Below the pieces are notes generated by a model. The model searched no databases and was not told the DNA's origin. It worked only from the letters and a program-made list of their open reading frames with translations. A DNA stretch of 64,000 bases from an uncultured Candidatus Binatia bacterium (lineage in GTDB: Bacteria; Desulfobacterota; Binatia; HRBIN30). Every line of letters begins with the position of its first letter. Position 1 is the stretch's first letter. A program made the position numbers and the translations under genes. The DNA is taken from NCBI GenBank assembly GCA_964371655.1, contig CAYJOD010000003.1, positions 82,145-146,144 of the forward strand, written 5' to 3'. Below are positions 26,962 to 36,979 of the stretch, piece by piece.

Positions 26962-28278
26962 TCAACGGCTGTGGGAGCGGCGCTGGTTGAGCAGGAACAG
27001 CAGCGCCAACAGGGTCGACGCCGCCGCCACCGCGGCAAGGATCAAGAAGGCGCCGCTCCAACCGTAGAGCACCGTGGCGCGGGCGATGCCGTCGCCGGCG
27101 AGAACACCGCCGAGATAGCCGACGCCGTCGATGATGCCGCACGCCGTGGCGCTGCCGCGTTTGCCGCCGAAGTCGAGGGCGATCGCACCACCGAGATACG
27201 AGTACGGTCCAATCATGACGAAGGCGATGCCGGAAATGAGCCAGACCGGCACGCGTAGCGCCGCGCCGAAGTCGACGACGGCGAGCAGTGCCAGCATCAG
27301 CGTCGAAATCAACAAGGCGACGAAGATGAGCCAGGCTCGCCCGTGATGGCCGAGACGATCGCTGGCATAGCCGGCGAGCAAGACGGAAACGCCGCCGAAG
27401 AAGGGGAACCAGGCGCTGTGGCTTGCCGCGTCGGCCTGGCTCAGGCCCAACGCTTCTGTGAAGTATGTCGGCGTCCACGTGTTGAAGGTTTCGCGCACCA
27501 GGGTGAAGCCGAGCGACAACACGCACACAAACCAGAATGCCGGAGAGCGCAGCAATGGCGCCAACAGAGAGCCCAGTCTCTGCGGCTCGGCATCCTCGGC
27601 GTCATCGCCGAAGAGGCTGTCGGGGTTGGCTTCCGGCTCCGCCAGGCCGACGGCGCGCGGCGATTCGTGCAGGAAGAAGAAGGTCACGATGAAGATGACG
27701 AAGAGCACCGCCGCGGCGATGGCGAAGATCGCGCGCCAGCCGAAGCCGAGCGCCAGCAGCCATGCCATGAACGCGCGTGCGGCGGCGTCACCGAAGAGAT
27801 AGCTCAGACTGATCACGCCCATGGCGCTGCCGTAAGCGGAATACGAGAACCAGCGTGAGGTGAGCTTGATCATACCCACCCATCCGGTGGACTGGATGGC
27901 GCGATTGCCGATCCATGCCAGGGTGAACAGCGGCAGGCCTCCCCCGCAGGCAAACAGCAGACTGAACAGAACCGAGCCGGCCATACCGAGCAGGAAATTG
28001 CGGCGCCCGCCGATGAAGTCTGCCAGGCCGCCACTGACGAACTTGCCGAGCGCATACGCGAGCACTCCGATCGACGCGATCGTGCCCAGCCGGATCTTGG
28101 CGATCTCGGGCGACATGCCGGTGCGCGCCAGCTCGTCGACCAGGAGCGGTAGACTCACCGAAAAGGTCGAGCGGCACAGGTAGTAGCCCGAGTAGCCGAC
28201 GACCATCAGGCCAACGGTAACCGCCTGCCAGTTCTTCAGGCTGGCGGCCTGTTGGGAAGTGGTCATCGGGTTCGGCAC
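26962..28278 (-). CDS. MFS transporter, organophosphate:phosphate antiporter (GlpT/UhpC) family
   Basis: YSGYYLCRSTFS, GGLADFIGGRR, GYASDRLG, GIIDGVGYLG; many hydrophobic segments. Confidence 0.88.
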   Translation of the reverse strand: MPNPMTTSQQAASLKNWQAVTVGLMVVGYSGYYLCRSTFSVSLPLLVDELARTGMSPEIAKIRLGTIASIGVLAYALGKFVSGGLADFIGGRRNFLLGMAGSVLFSLLFACGGGLPLFTLAWIGNRAIQSTGWVGMIKLTSRWFSYSAYGSAMGVISLSYLFGDAAARAFMAWLLALGFGWRAIFAIAAAVLFVIFIVTFFFLHESPRAVGLAEPEANPDSLFGDDAEDAEPQRLGSLLAPLLRSPAFWFVCVLSLGFTLVRETFNTWTPTYFTEALGLSQADAASHSAWFPFFGGVSVLLAGYASDRLGHHGRAWLIFVALLISTLMLALLAVVDFGAALRVPVWLISGIAFVMIGPYSYLGGAIALDFGGKRGSATACGIIDGVGYLGGVLAGDGIARATVLYGWSGAFLILAAVAAASTLLALLFLLNQRRSHSR

Positions 28279-28463
28279 GGCGCCGAGTTATCCGATGCCC
28301 AGGGCCGAAGGGCAACAGAAACGGGATCTTTTCACGGTCTTGTAACGTGAACGACCGCACCAGCGCGGCCGCTCCGATTGCGGTGACCACGGCACTCGAA
28401 GATGTATTCTGGTTGCCGTGCATCGGCAATTTGGGTATTTGGAGCGGCGGGTAGGAGGGCAAC

Positions 28464-29342
28464 ATGCGGCGTATTGCGGTGGTTTTAGGGATTCTGGTTC
28501 TGGCGAAGATTGCTTCGGCGCAAACCCTCTATTCGGTCAACGCGGACGATGACCAATTGCGCACGATCGACCCGACAACGGCGGCGACCACCAGTAGTAT
28601 TGCGATTACTCTGGCTGGAAAGACCGTGACTGGTGGGACGGCGATGGCGACGCACCCGATGACCGGGCAGCTGTGGGCGATCTTGAAGGTCAACCCCGGG
28701 GGTAAGCGAGTCCTGGTCACGATCAACCCCGTCACCGGAGTCGCCAGCCAGATCGGAGGCGACCAGATAAGCTTTGCGGCACTTACTTTCGATGCGGCGG
28801 GCACCCTGTACGCCGATAGCGGCGACGGTGCGACGCCATCGGAGACGCTCTTCACGATCAATACAGCGACTGGCGTTGCCACCCTGTTGTGCGCGTTGGG
28901 CAATGGTAACGACGGTGAGGCCATCGCCTTCAACCCGACCGATGGATTGCTGTACCACGCCTCCGGGCATACCGGGAATGGCAACGTAATCTTCGAAAAG
29001 ATCACCAGTACCGGCACCAATCCGTGTACGGTGATGGACATCAACATCATGAACACGGCGCTTGTCGATGAGGAAGCCCAGGCCTTGGTCTGGTGGCCGG
29101 CGCAGGGGCTATTCCTTTGGAAGCAGGATCACGGTACCGGGCCGTTATTCCGCGTAACCACTTCAGGTGCGCCGACGCTTATCGGCGGCGTCGACCACCA
29201 AGCCAGAGGCCTCGCCTTCGCCGTGGCAGTGAGGACGACGGCACCGACGATGCAGAGCACGGGGCTAGCCCTGGTGACGGTGTCCCTGTTTGTCCTCGGG
29301 ATTTGGTCGGTCCGACGGCGAGCGCTCGCCGCCGCCGCTTGA
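28464..29342 (+). CDS. Secreted beta-propeller-like protein with IPTL-CTERM-like sorting tail
   Basis: Signal peptide; repeated L.TI(D/N)..TG units; C-terminal APTMQSTGL + TM helix + RRR. Confidence 0.7.
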   Translation: MRRIAVVLGILVLAKIASAQTLYSVNADDDQLRTIDPTTAATTSSIAITLAGKTVTGGTAMATHPMTGQLWAILKVNPGGKRVLVTINPVTGVASQIGGDQISFAALTFDAAGTLYADSGDGATPSETLFTINTATGVATLLCALGNGNDGEAIAFNPTDGLLYHASGHTGNGNVIFEKITSTGTNPCTVMDINIMNTALVDEEAQALVWWPAQGLFLWKQDHGTGPLFRVTTSGAPTLIGGVDHQARGLAFAVAVRTTAPTMQSTGLALVTVSLFVLGIWSVRRRALAAAA

Positions 29343-29344
29343 AC

Positions 29345-29731
29345 CTACGACGCCTGACGTGCCTGACCTGTGAGGCCGTCGCGTACGGCGGCCTCGAGGT
29401 CGTCAAGATCATCAAGGCGCTTCAGATCGGCGCTCGATAGAAACACTCGCAGCTCACCGCTGTCCGTCTCGGCAAACACCGCCGGAAACTCGGTGTCGCG
29501 CAGCTTCGGGTGCTGCGCGTAAAACTGGTCCTTCGTGTAGAAGACGCTGCTCACCGGCAGCGACCATACGAACATCTGCCAGGTCGGTTTCTTCATGAAG
29601 CGGCCATAGGTGATGTCGCAGAGCTTGCACGGATAGGTCTCCGGATCTGTGAGCCGATGCACGAAGTCGCGCACCAGGGCCGAGACGTTGAGCTCGACGT
29701 TGTAGACGAAGTGCAGCTTGCGAATCGGCAT
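29345..29731 (-). CDS. Conserved hypothetical protein with CxxC (thioredoxin-like fold possible)
   Basis: LHFVYN...YPCKLCDITYG...FPAVF; upstream ORF extension is repeat-derived. Confidence 0.65.
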   Translation of the reverse strand: MPIRKLHFVYNVELNVSALVRDFVHRLTDPETYPCKLCDITYGRFMKKPTWQMFVWSLPVSSVFYTKDQFYAQHPKLRDTEFPAVFAETDSGELRVFLSSADLKRLDDLDDLEAAVRDGLTGQARQAS

Positions 29732-29746
29732 CGGTACCCGGTTGAC

Positions 29747-30038
29747 CCGTATCTCGTATCTCGAATCTCGTCGAGGCAAGGAAGACGAGATACAGGGCCA
29801 CGGCAAAGTCGAGTCACGGAGGGCTTCGGCCAAAGAATCGCTCATTTCCGCCCCCCGGCGGACGAGCCGTCCGCGCTCCCAGCGATTGCCTGAAACCAGC
29901 GCCCCGAGCGGAATATCATCGCCGGGAGCGCGGGCGGCCCGCCCGCTTTGTTCAGCACCTCTGCGGTGCACGCAGGCTCCGTCAGCGACTTTGCCGTGGC
30001 CCTGGAACGAGATACGCTTCACGAGATACGAGATACGA
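29747..30038. repeat. ATCTCGT/ACGAGAT heptamer inverted pair interrupted by a 212-bp element (29793-30004)
   Basis: Inner perfect 19-bp IR cagggccacggcaaagtcg enclosing a GGGAGCGCGG REP-like doublet. Confidence 0.8.
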
Positions 30039-30046
30039 GTGAGCCG

Positions 30047-30796
30047 TCAGATCTTCATGACGCCACGGCGCGGCGAGGTCGTGGCGAACGTCTCCTTGGT
30101 CAGACGCACGCCCATCTCGGCAAGCACGCGGCGATGCTCCGCCGGCGGTGTGCGGATGATGCGGTCCTCGATCGGCTTGAGCTTTTGGAAGCTGTCGACG
30201 GTGAGGACGCGATCAACGAAGGCGGCGGTCTGCGGCCATCGCGTTGCATCGACGCGAAAGCGCGCGAAGGCGGCATTGCGGAAGAAGACGGCGAGCGACA
30301 CGTCGGCAATCGATAGGCTGCCGAACAAGAACCCTTGCGCCGGAACCTGGGCTTCGAGGTAGTCGAGGACGTGCGGTATCTCGATGTTGAGGACGTTGTT
30401 CAAGATCTCTTGATCGGTCGGTTGTCCGAATACGAACGGGTTGATCGCGACCTGATTGAAGAGGCCCCAGATGAAGACCTCGCCCATGCGTGTGTCGGCG
30501 AACTCTTCCAACCAACGCGCCCACGCCCGCTCGACGATGTCGGTGGGATACATGGCGGGCTGCGGGTAACGGTCTTCGAGATACTGGCAGATGACCGATG
30601 AGTCGGTCAGCGTCACCAAGTCGTCGGTGAACACTGGGATGCGACGAATCGGGCTCAGCTCCGAAAAGCGTTCGTTGCCGAAGAACGGAATGATCGGATC
30701 GATCTCGTAGTCGAGACCCTTGCGGTCGAGGAACACGAGCACCTTGCGGACATAGGGTGAGAGGAAGCTACCGATGATACGGACTGGATCTGCCAT
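30047..30796 (-). CDS. Glutathione S-transferase family protein
   Basis: SPYVRKV, RIPV, DSSVICQYLE, SIADVS. Confidence 0.9.
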   Translation of the reverse strand: MADPVRIIGSFLSPYVRKVLVFLDRKGLDYEIDPIIPFFGNERFSELSPIRRIPVFTDDLVTLTDSSVICQYLEDRYPQPAMYPTDIVERAWARWLEEFADTRMGEVFIWGLFNQVAINPFVFGQPTDQEILNNVLNIEIPHVLDYLEAQVPAQGFLFGSLSIADVSLAVFFRNAAFARFRVDATRWPQTAAFVDRVLTVDSFQKLKPIEDRIIRTPPAEHRRVLAEMGVRLTKETFATTSPRRGVMKI

Positions 30797-30891
30797 ACGG
30801 GTATGGTCCTAGGCGAAAGTCAGACTCTCGAGTGTTTGCGTGTCCGGATGGTGTGTCGCGACACACCATGGAGATTGTCTTAAGACGGGCA

Positions 30892-30955
30892 GGGCGCGCC
30901 GCCGCGCGCCCCTACGCAATTGGGTTCGTCCCGTAGGGGCGCATGGCGTGCGCCC
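30892..30955. repeat. GTAGGGGCG REP doublet
   Basis: gggcgcgccgccgcgcgcccctacg ... cgtaggggcgcatggcgtgcgccc. Confidence 0.75.
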
Positions 30956-31011
30956 TCTTGGGGCGGTGTTGAGATAAACTCCATGTCGTGCACCGACGGC
31001 GACGAGCTCCG

Positions 31012-31410
31012 TCAAGACGCGGTAGCCTCCTGGAGCGCCGCCGCCAGACGCGGCCCGACTTCGGCGAGCAGCGCTTCCATCGCCGAGCGTGGCCGCACCA
31101 TGACTGTGAGATCGGCGACTTGGCCCGCGGCGTTGAAACGCAACAGGTCGATTCCTTGCGCGTCGCGGTTACGCACCTTGGCGGAAAAGATCAGCGCCTT
31201 GGTGCCATCGGCGCCGTCGAGCTCGTCGGTGTAATGAAAACCCTGAAACACCTCCATGATGATGCCGAGCAAACGGCGGATCGCCGCTTTGCCTTCGAAC
31301 GGCTGAAACGTAATCGGGCTGTGCAGGACGGCGTCGTCGGCAAAGTGGGCCATGATTTGGTTCAGGTCGCCGCTTTCAACGGCGCGCCGGAATTGAGCTC
31401 GATCCATCAT
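31012..31410 (-). CDS. SnoaL/NTF2-like protein
   Basis: FADDAVLHSPI, GIDLLRF, TVMVRP. Confidence 0.85.
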   Translation of the reverse strand: MMDRAQFRRAVESGDLNQIMAHFADDAVLHSPITFQPFEGKAAIRRLLGIIMEVFQGFHYTDELDGADGTKALIFSAKVRNRDAQGIDLLRFNAAGQVADLTVMVRPRSAMEALLAEVGPRLAAALQEATAS

Positions 31411-31532
31411 CCTTTGCGCTCCTCGTTCCCACCCCCTATCGCGGCCGCCTCCCGTAAGACAAGAGCGGCCAGGCGGTTGTTAGGTTGTTGGTTGTTAGGG
31501 AAGATGCGCCTAACAACCAACCCTCCGAATAC

Positions 31533-31979
31533 TCAGGTATACGACGGGTCGAGCTCGACGCCGTTGTCGCGCTGCCACGCCAGCGCCGCTTCCTCCATGC
31601 TGGGCTCGTAGGCATCGCCGAGGTAAACGATCTTGCCGTCGCCGTAACGGACCACCGAGCGCCCGCGCAAAACGTAGGGTGTCCAGCCTGCCTTGGCGTA
31701 GGTGACCTCCCAGCTCATGCGAATCTCGGAAGCATCGACCTCGGGGCCGCTGCTGACCTTGATGTTGCGGCCCTCGAACTTGCGATCGAAGCCGTCGAGA
31801 GACTTCTTCATTCCCTTGAAGATCGCGTCGGGACCTTGGAGCCGGCAGCCGAACGACTTGGCTTTTACCTCATAGACCGCGTCGTCGGCGAAGTACTGCC
31901 GCAATCGTGTCCAGTCATCGTCGGTCAGGGTCTTTTCGAAGTCACCCGCGTACGCCAGGAACGACTGTAGTATGCTCAT
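31533..31979 (-). CDS. SnoaL/NTF2-like protein
   Basis: YFADDAVYEV, G.DAI, DGKIVYLGD. Confidence 0.75.
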   Translation of the reverse strand: MSILQSFLAYAGDFEKTLTDDDWTRLRQYFADDAVYEVKAKSFGCRLQGPDAIFKGMKKSLDGFDRKFEGRNIKVSSGPEVDASEIRMSWEVTYAKAGWTPYVLRGRSVVRYGDGKIVYLGDAYEPSMEEAALAWQRDNGVELDPSYT

Positions 31980-32155
31980 AGTGCGCGACTTATCACTTTG
32001 GCCTTTCCCGGGGAACGCGAGTCGGAGAGAAAAGGCACCCGTAAATTTTGCGTAACGCATTGTGTCCTGGCTGCTGGTACGCTGCGCGACGACGGGACCT
32101 GGGTTTCTCGAGAGTCCCGCATCCGATCGTGAGTACCGACTGGAGGAGCGAATCT

Positions 32156-34858
32156 ATGCGGCGAAGGGCAGTTCTCCGTGCGGCAGTGTTCTCGTGGCTT
32201 ACGCTGATGATCTCGGCGGCCTACGGTCAGGGCGGGCCGGCGACGTCGAACCCCATCCTCTTCGTGACCCAGGTGCCGGTCGGTATCTTCACCTCGGTGA
32301 CCAGCACCTTTGGGAATCATGTACCGAGTATCGAGCAAGCACCGCGCGGCGGCGACTTGGTGATCCGCTTTGGCGACGGGAGCTTGCGGTTCCTCACCCA
32401 GGAAGCCGGTTTCGGCAGTGCCGGCATGCAAGGTGCCAATGCCATCGCCGTGCGCGAGCCGTGCGTGCATTGGAGCGGCGGCAAAGCGTTGTTTGCCATG
32501 GTCGTTGGCGCGCCAACGCAGCGCTACCAGGTCAACCAGTACCACTGGCAGATTTATGAGGTCACCGGCATAGGCCAGGGGGAGATCGCCAGCATTCGCC
32601 TAGTGGCCGGGCAGCCGGCCAACTTCAACAACGTCGCGCCCATTTATGCCACCGATGGTCGCATTCTTTTTACTTCCGACCGGCCGCCAAGCGGCGCGGC
32701 GCATCATTACCCGCAACGCGATGAGTACGAGTCGGCGGCCACCGTGACCGGGATCTACTCGCTTGACGAAGCCACCGGCACGTTGACGCTGATCGAGCAC
32801 GCCCCGAGTGGGGTCTTCTCGCCGTCGCTCGACAGCTTCGGGCGCGTCATCTTCACCAAGTGGGATCATCTGCAGCGTGACCAGCAAGGCGACGCGCCGG
32901 CGACGGCCGCCGCGTACCAGGCCTTCACGTATGCGAGCGAAGCGGCCGATGCCGCGACGACAACCAGTCTGATCGGTGCCGAGGTGTTTCCGGAACCACG
33001 CACTGCGAATGATCCGGCCTATTCGCCGGCACTGTCGACACACTCGTTCAACCATTTCTTCCCCTGGGAGATCAACGAAGACGGAAGCGCGGAAGAGACG
33101 CTCAATCACGTCGGCCGCCACGAGCTTGGCGGCAGTTACACCGACGGTAGCTTCAGCGCCGATCCCAATTTGAGCTACTACGTGTCGCCCAACCTGCATG
33201 CGAATCAAACCACGCTCACGGGTTCGGCGGGGCTCTTCCATCTCCGTGAAGATCCCGTCAACCCCGGCGAGTTTCTGGCGACCTACTCGCAGGAGTTCGG
33301 CACCGCTACGGGTGGGACGTTGATGCGTTTGACCGGGGCACCGTCGATCAACGCCGACGCGATGGTTCTGAGCGCCGTTACCCCGACGGGCAACGATGCT
33401 CAGGTGCCGCAGGCGACCGGCTACTTTCGCAATCCGCTGCCCTTGTCGGACGGCTCGCTGGTTGCCGTACATACGCCGGCGAGTGGGTATCTCACCAACC
33501 TGGGGAGTAGCTCGTCGCCCGACTGGTCGTACGACTTCCGTCTCAAGCTGCTCATGCCGCAGGGAACTTTCTGGGCTCCGGCCGCGAACCTGACCAACGG
33601 GCTGCAAAAGGACCTGAGCTGGTGGACACCCGATTTGCTGGCTTCGTACAACGGCCCGCTGTGGGAGCTCGATCCGGTCGAGGTGAGGAGCCGGCCGATC
33701 CCGCTCGCACGTGCGGCGGCGCTGCCGGCGATTGAAGCGGGCGTGTTCGACCAGGAAGGCGTCGACGTGGAGTCCTTCAAGACCTTCCTGCGTGGTAACC
33801 AACTGGCGCTGATCGTCAGTCGCAACGTGACGCAGCGTGATCGTGCCGATCGCCAGCAGCCGTTCAACCTGCAGGTGCCCGGCGGCGCCAGCTCGATCGC
33901 TGCCGGCGGGCAAGTCTACGACGTCGGCTATCTGCAGATCTTCCAGGGCGACGCCCTGCGCGGTTATGGCGACCCGAGCCAACCGGGCCGCGGCCGTCGC
34001 TTGCTGGCGCGGCCGATGCACGCGAGCGGTGTCTCGCAAGTGCCGGGCGCACCGAGCGGCGCGGTGGCGATTGGGCTCGACGGCTCGATGGCCGCCTTGG
34101 TGCCGGCGCGGCGTGCGTTGACTTGGCAGCTCACCGATCCGAACGGAAGCGGGGTGGTTCGCGAACGCAACTGGATCAGCTTTCAGTCCGGCGAGATCCG
34201 CGTGTGTGCGAGCTGTCACGGCATCAACACCCTCAGCCAAACCGGGGCCTTGCCACCGACCAATGCGCCGCAGGCGCTGCACGATCTGCTGAATCAATGG
34301 AAGCAGCAAAACGGTGGTACGCCGCTGCCGAGCCCGACCGCTACGCCCGCGTCTACGGCGATGGCCACACCGACAATCGGTAGTAGCGTTTGTAACAGTG
34401 GCATCGGCATCGAGAAGGCGCGCCTGCGCGCCAGGCCGGCATCGGGAACCATCGTCATCCATGGCGAAGCGTTGATTCCGAAACCGTGGCACGGCGTCGC
34501 TCCGGCGACGAACGGCGTGCGACTTACGATCGACGGCGTTCTCGACATCACCGTACCCGGCGGGGCGGGCTGGACGACCAACTTCGTCGGCCAGAGCTGG
34601 CGCTTCCGCGACACCTCCGGCCAGAACGGTGGCGTGCGTCGCATCGAGATCTCCGACCGCTCGGCACGGCAGGACGGCAGGCTGTCGTTCACAGTGCGCC
34701 TTGACGGTGCTCCATCGGTGCCGGCGATCGGTGCGCAGGACGTGTCGATCGGATTTGGCGAGGCGGACGAATGCGCCACGGCGCACTTCAATGGACCAGA
34801 AGCGTCGAGCCCACGTTGTCGGGGCAACGTCGTGACCTTGGTGTGTGGGCGCGGCTAA
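32156..34858 (+). CDS. Secreted beta-propeller protein related to hydrazine synthase alpha subunit, single CxxCH haem motif
   Basis: Signal peptide; AVREPCVHWSG, DGRILFTSDRP, GRVIFTKWDH, GEIRVCASCHG; Pro/Thr linker; RBS GGAGG. Confidence 0.7.
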   Translation: MRRRAVLRAAVFSWLTLMISAAYGQGGPATSNPILFVTQVPVGIFTSVTSTFGNHVPSIEQAPRGGDLVIRFGDGSLRFLTQEAGFGSAGMQGANAIAVREPCVHWSGGKALFAMVVGAPTQRYQVNQYHWQIYEVTGIGQGEIASIRLVAGQPANFNNVAPIYATDGRILFTSDRPPSGAAHHYPQRDEYESAATVTGIYSLDEATGTLTLIEHAPSGVFSPSLDSFGRVIFTKWDHLQRDQQGDAPATAAAYQAFTYASEAADAATTTSLIGAEVFPEPRTANDPAYSPALSTHSFNHFFPWEINEDGSAEETLNHVGRHELGGSYTDGSFSADPNLSYYVSPNLHANQTTLTGSAGLFHLREDPVNPGEFLATYSQEFGTATGGTLMRLTGAPSINADAMVLSAVTPTGNDAQVPQATGYFRNPLPLSDGSLVAVHTPASGYLTNLGSSSSPDWSYDFRLKLLMPQGTFWAPAANLTNGLQKDLSWWTPDLLASYNGPLWELDPVEVRSRPIPLARAAALPAIEAGVFDQEGVDVESFKTFLRGNQLALIVSRNVTQRDRADRQQPFNLQVPGGASSIAAGGQVYDVGYLQIFQGDALRGYGDPSQPGRGRRLLARPMHASGVSQVPGAPSGAVAIGLDGSMAALVPARRALTWQLTDPNGSGVVRERNWISFQSGEIRVCASCHGINTLSQTGALPPTNAPQALHDLLNQWKQQNGGTPLPSPTATPASTAMATPTIGSSVCNSGIGIEKARLRARPASGTIVIHGEALIPKPWHGVAPATNGVRLTIDGVLDITVPGGAGWTTNFVGQSWRFRDTSGQNGGVRRIEISDRSARQDGRLSFTVRLDGAPSVPAIGAQDVSIGFGEADECATAHFNGPEASSPRCRGNVVTLVCGRG

Positions 34859-34878
34859 CTGGGCCGGGAGCGCTGCGG

Positions 34879-34954
34879 CGTATCTCGTATCTCGTGAAGC
34901 GTATCTCGTTGCTCTCTTATCCTGTCTTCGACGAGATACGAGATACGAGATACG
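34879..34954. repeat. ATCTCGT/ACGAGAT heptamer inverted pair
   Basis: cgtatctcgtatctcgtgaagcgtatctcg ... acgagatacgagatacgagatacg. Confidence 0.8.
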
Positions 34955-35063
34955 GGCCCGCCGTTAGACCTCCCTCGCCCCGCCTTGTCTTCTCGCTCCC
35001 GGTCAGATCTAAGCAGCTGACGCCCGCGGCACGTCTCGGGAGAAATTGCACAAGGAGCGATCG

Positions 35064-36758
35064 ATGATTCTTCTCAATCCCAAGCAGCACACGCGACCCT
35101 ATCCCGACCCGCGCTCGCGGGAGATCATGCTGAAGACGATCGAGTTCTTCGAGAGCAAAGGGAAGCGCAAGCTCAAAGAGGATGATCGTGATCGGGTCTG
35201 GTACGCCGACTTCCTCGACTTCGTGCGCCGCGAGCGCATCTTTGCGACCTTGCTCACGCCCTCCGGCTACGGCGACGCCGATGCGCGTTGGGATACGTGG
35301 CGGCTGTGCGAGTTCGCCGAGATTCTCGGATTCTACGGGTTGGCCTACTGGTACACGTGGCAGGTCTCCGTGCTCGGCCTCGGTCCGATCTGGATGAGCG
35401 CCAACGACGAGCTCAAACGCGAGGCCGCCAAACATCTTGAGGAGGGTGGGATCTTCGCCTTCGGTCTGTCGGAGCGCACCCACGGCGCCGACGTCTACTC
35501 GACCGAGGTGCGCCTGCGCCCGATCGATGAAGGACGTTACCTGGCCAACGGCGAGAAGTACTACATCGGCAACGCCAATCAGGCGGCGATGGTGTCGACC
35601 TTCGGCAAGCTCGGCGACGGCAAGGACTACGTCTTCTTCGTCACCCACCCGACGCACGAGAGCTACGAGTGCGTGCGCAACGTCTGCAACACGCAGTCGT
35701 TCGTCGGCCAATTCGCCCTGCACGATTACCCGATCACCGAGGCCGAGATCTTGTCGAAGGGGCAAGCGGCATGGGACTCGGCGTTGAACACGGTCAACAT
35801 CGGCAAGTTCAACCTCGGCTGGGCCTCGATCGGCATCTGCACGCACGCCTTCTACGAGGCCATCCATCACGCCGCCCACCGCCGTCTCTACGACATGGCG
35901 GTCACCGATTTCCCGCACGTGCGCCGTCTGTTCACCGACGCCTACGTGCGTCTGGTGGCGATGAAGCTGGTGGCGCTGCGCGCCGCCGACTATCTGCGCT
36001 CGGCGACGCGCGACGACCGCCGTTACCTGCTCTACAACCCGGTGGTGAAGATGAAGGTGACGACCCAGGGTGAGGACGTCATCAACCACCTGTGGGACGT
36101 CATCGCCGCCAAGGGTTTCGAAAGCGACATGTACTTCGAGATGGCGGCGCGCGACATCCGCGGCCTGCCCAAGCTCGAGGGCACCGTGCACGTCAATATC
36201 GCGCTCATCGTGAAGTTCATGATCAACTACTTCACCAACCACGCCGACTTCGCCACCATTCCACGGCGCGACGACGCGGCCAACGACGACTTTCTCTTCG
36301 ACCAGGGAACCACGCGCGGTCTCGGGAAGATCCGTTTCCACGACTACGAGCCGGCGTTCGCCGCGTTCGACTTGCCAAACGTCAGACTGTTTCGCGAGCA
36401 GCTCGAGACCTTCAAACAGTGCATGATGACCGCGACCCCCGATCCGGCGCAGATGCGCGACACCGACTTCCTGCTGTCGGTCGGCGAGATCTTCACTACC
36501 ATCGTCTACGCCCAGCTCATCGCCGAGAACGCGAAGATCTACGGGATCGCCGACGACCTGGTGGATCAGATCTTCGATGTTCTCGTGCGCGATCTTTCGG
36601 GTTTTGCCCTGCAGCTCTACGGCAGACCGGTGACCAACGCGGCGCAGATGGAGTTCTGCCTGCGTCTGATCCGCAAGCCGGTCGCGGCCGAGGAACGTAG
36701 CCGCCGCATGTGGGACGAGGTATTGGCGCTGAAGGATGCCTACGAGATGAATCCCTGA
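35064..36758 (+). CDS. Acyl-CoA dehydrogenase family protein
   Basis: AFGLSERTHGAD, NGEKYYIGN, LPKLEGT. Confidence 0.9.
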   Translation: MILLNPKQHTRPYPDPRSREIMLKTIEFFESKGKRKLKEDDRDRVWYADFLDFVRRERIFATLLTPSGYGDADARWDTWRLCEFAEILGFYGLAYWYTWQVSVLGLGPIWMSANDELKREAAKHLEEGGIFAFGLSERTHGADVYSTEVRLRPIDEGRYLANGEKYYIGNANQAAMVSTFGKLGDGKDYVFFVTHPTHESYECVRNVCNTQSFVGQFALHDYPITEAEILSKGQAAWDSALNTVNIGKFNLGWASIGICTHAFYEAIHHAAHRRLYDMAVTDFPHVRRLFTDAYVRLVAMKLVALRAADYLRSATRDDRRYLLYNPVVKMKVTTQGEDVINHLWDVIAAKGFESDMYFEMAARDIRGLPKLEGTVHVNIALIVKFMINYFTNHADFATIPRRDDAANDDFLFDQGTTRGLGKIRFHDYEPAFAAFDLPNVRLFREQLETFKQCMMTATPDPAQMRDTDFLLSVGEIFTTIVYAQLIAENAKIYGIADDLVDQIFDVLVRDLSGFALQLYGRPVTNAAQMEFCLRLIRKPVAAEERSRRMWDEVLALKDAYEMNP

Positions 36759-36764
36759 GCTTTC

Positions 36765-36910
36765 CCGAGGGTTCAAGGGTTCAAGGGTCCTAGGGTTCAA
36801 GTCCGAGGGTTCAAGCGTCCGAACCCCCGAACCCCCGAACCCTTGAACCCTTGGACCCTCTCTTCAGATCCACCCGCCAACAGCGGCGGCATAGCCGCCG
36901 CACTCCACAA
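36765..36910. repeat. AGGGTTCA 8-mer inverted pair plus GGAGTGC REP
   Basis: gagggttcaagggttcaagggtcc ... gaacccttgaacccttggaccc; agcggcggcatagccgccgcactcca. Confidence 0.75.
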
Positions 36911-36979
36911 TAAGCCGCCCCAGGTGGTTCCAATGCGCTGCCGTGCAGTGTTAGACACGGCGGCAAAGGAGTCACTCGT

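Noticed and set aside
29732-30022. N-terminal ORF extensions in the ORF track (also from 12676, 37943, 44609, 57167, 61760)
   Set aside because: They run through repeat elements or neighbouring genes; downstream starts fit RBS or family length better.
32156-34858. Evidence for anammox metabolism
   Set aside because: Only a distant HzsA-like architecture, without partner subunits.
32600-36800. Long antisense ORFs (32600..34786, 34917..36800; likewise 19846..21525, 22087..23355, 60012..61676)
   Set aside because: Shadow frames opposite well-supported genes, expected in high-GC DNA; no motifs.
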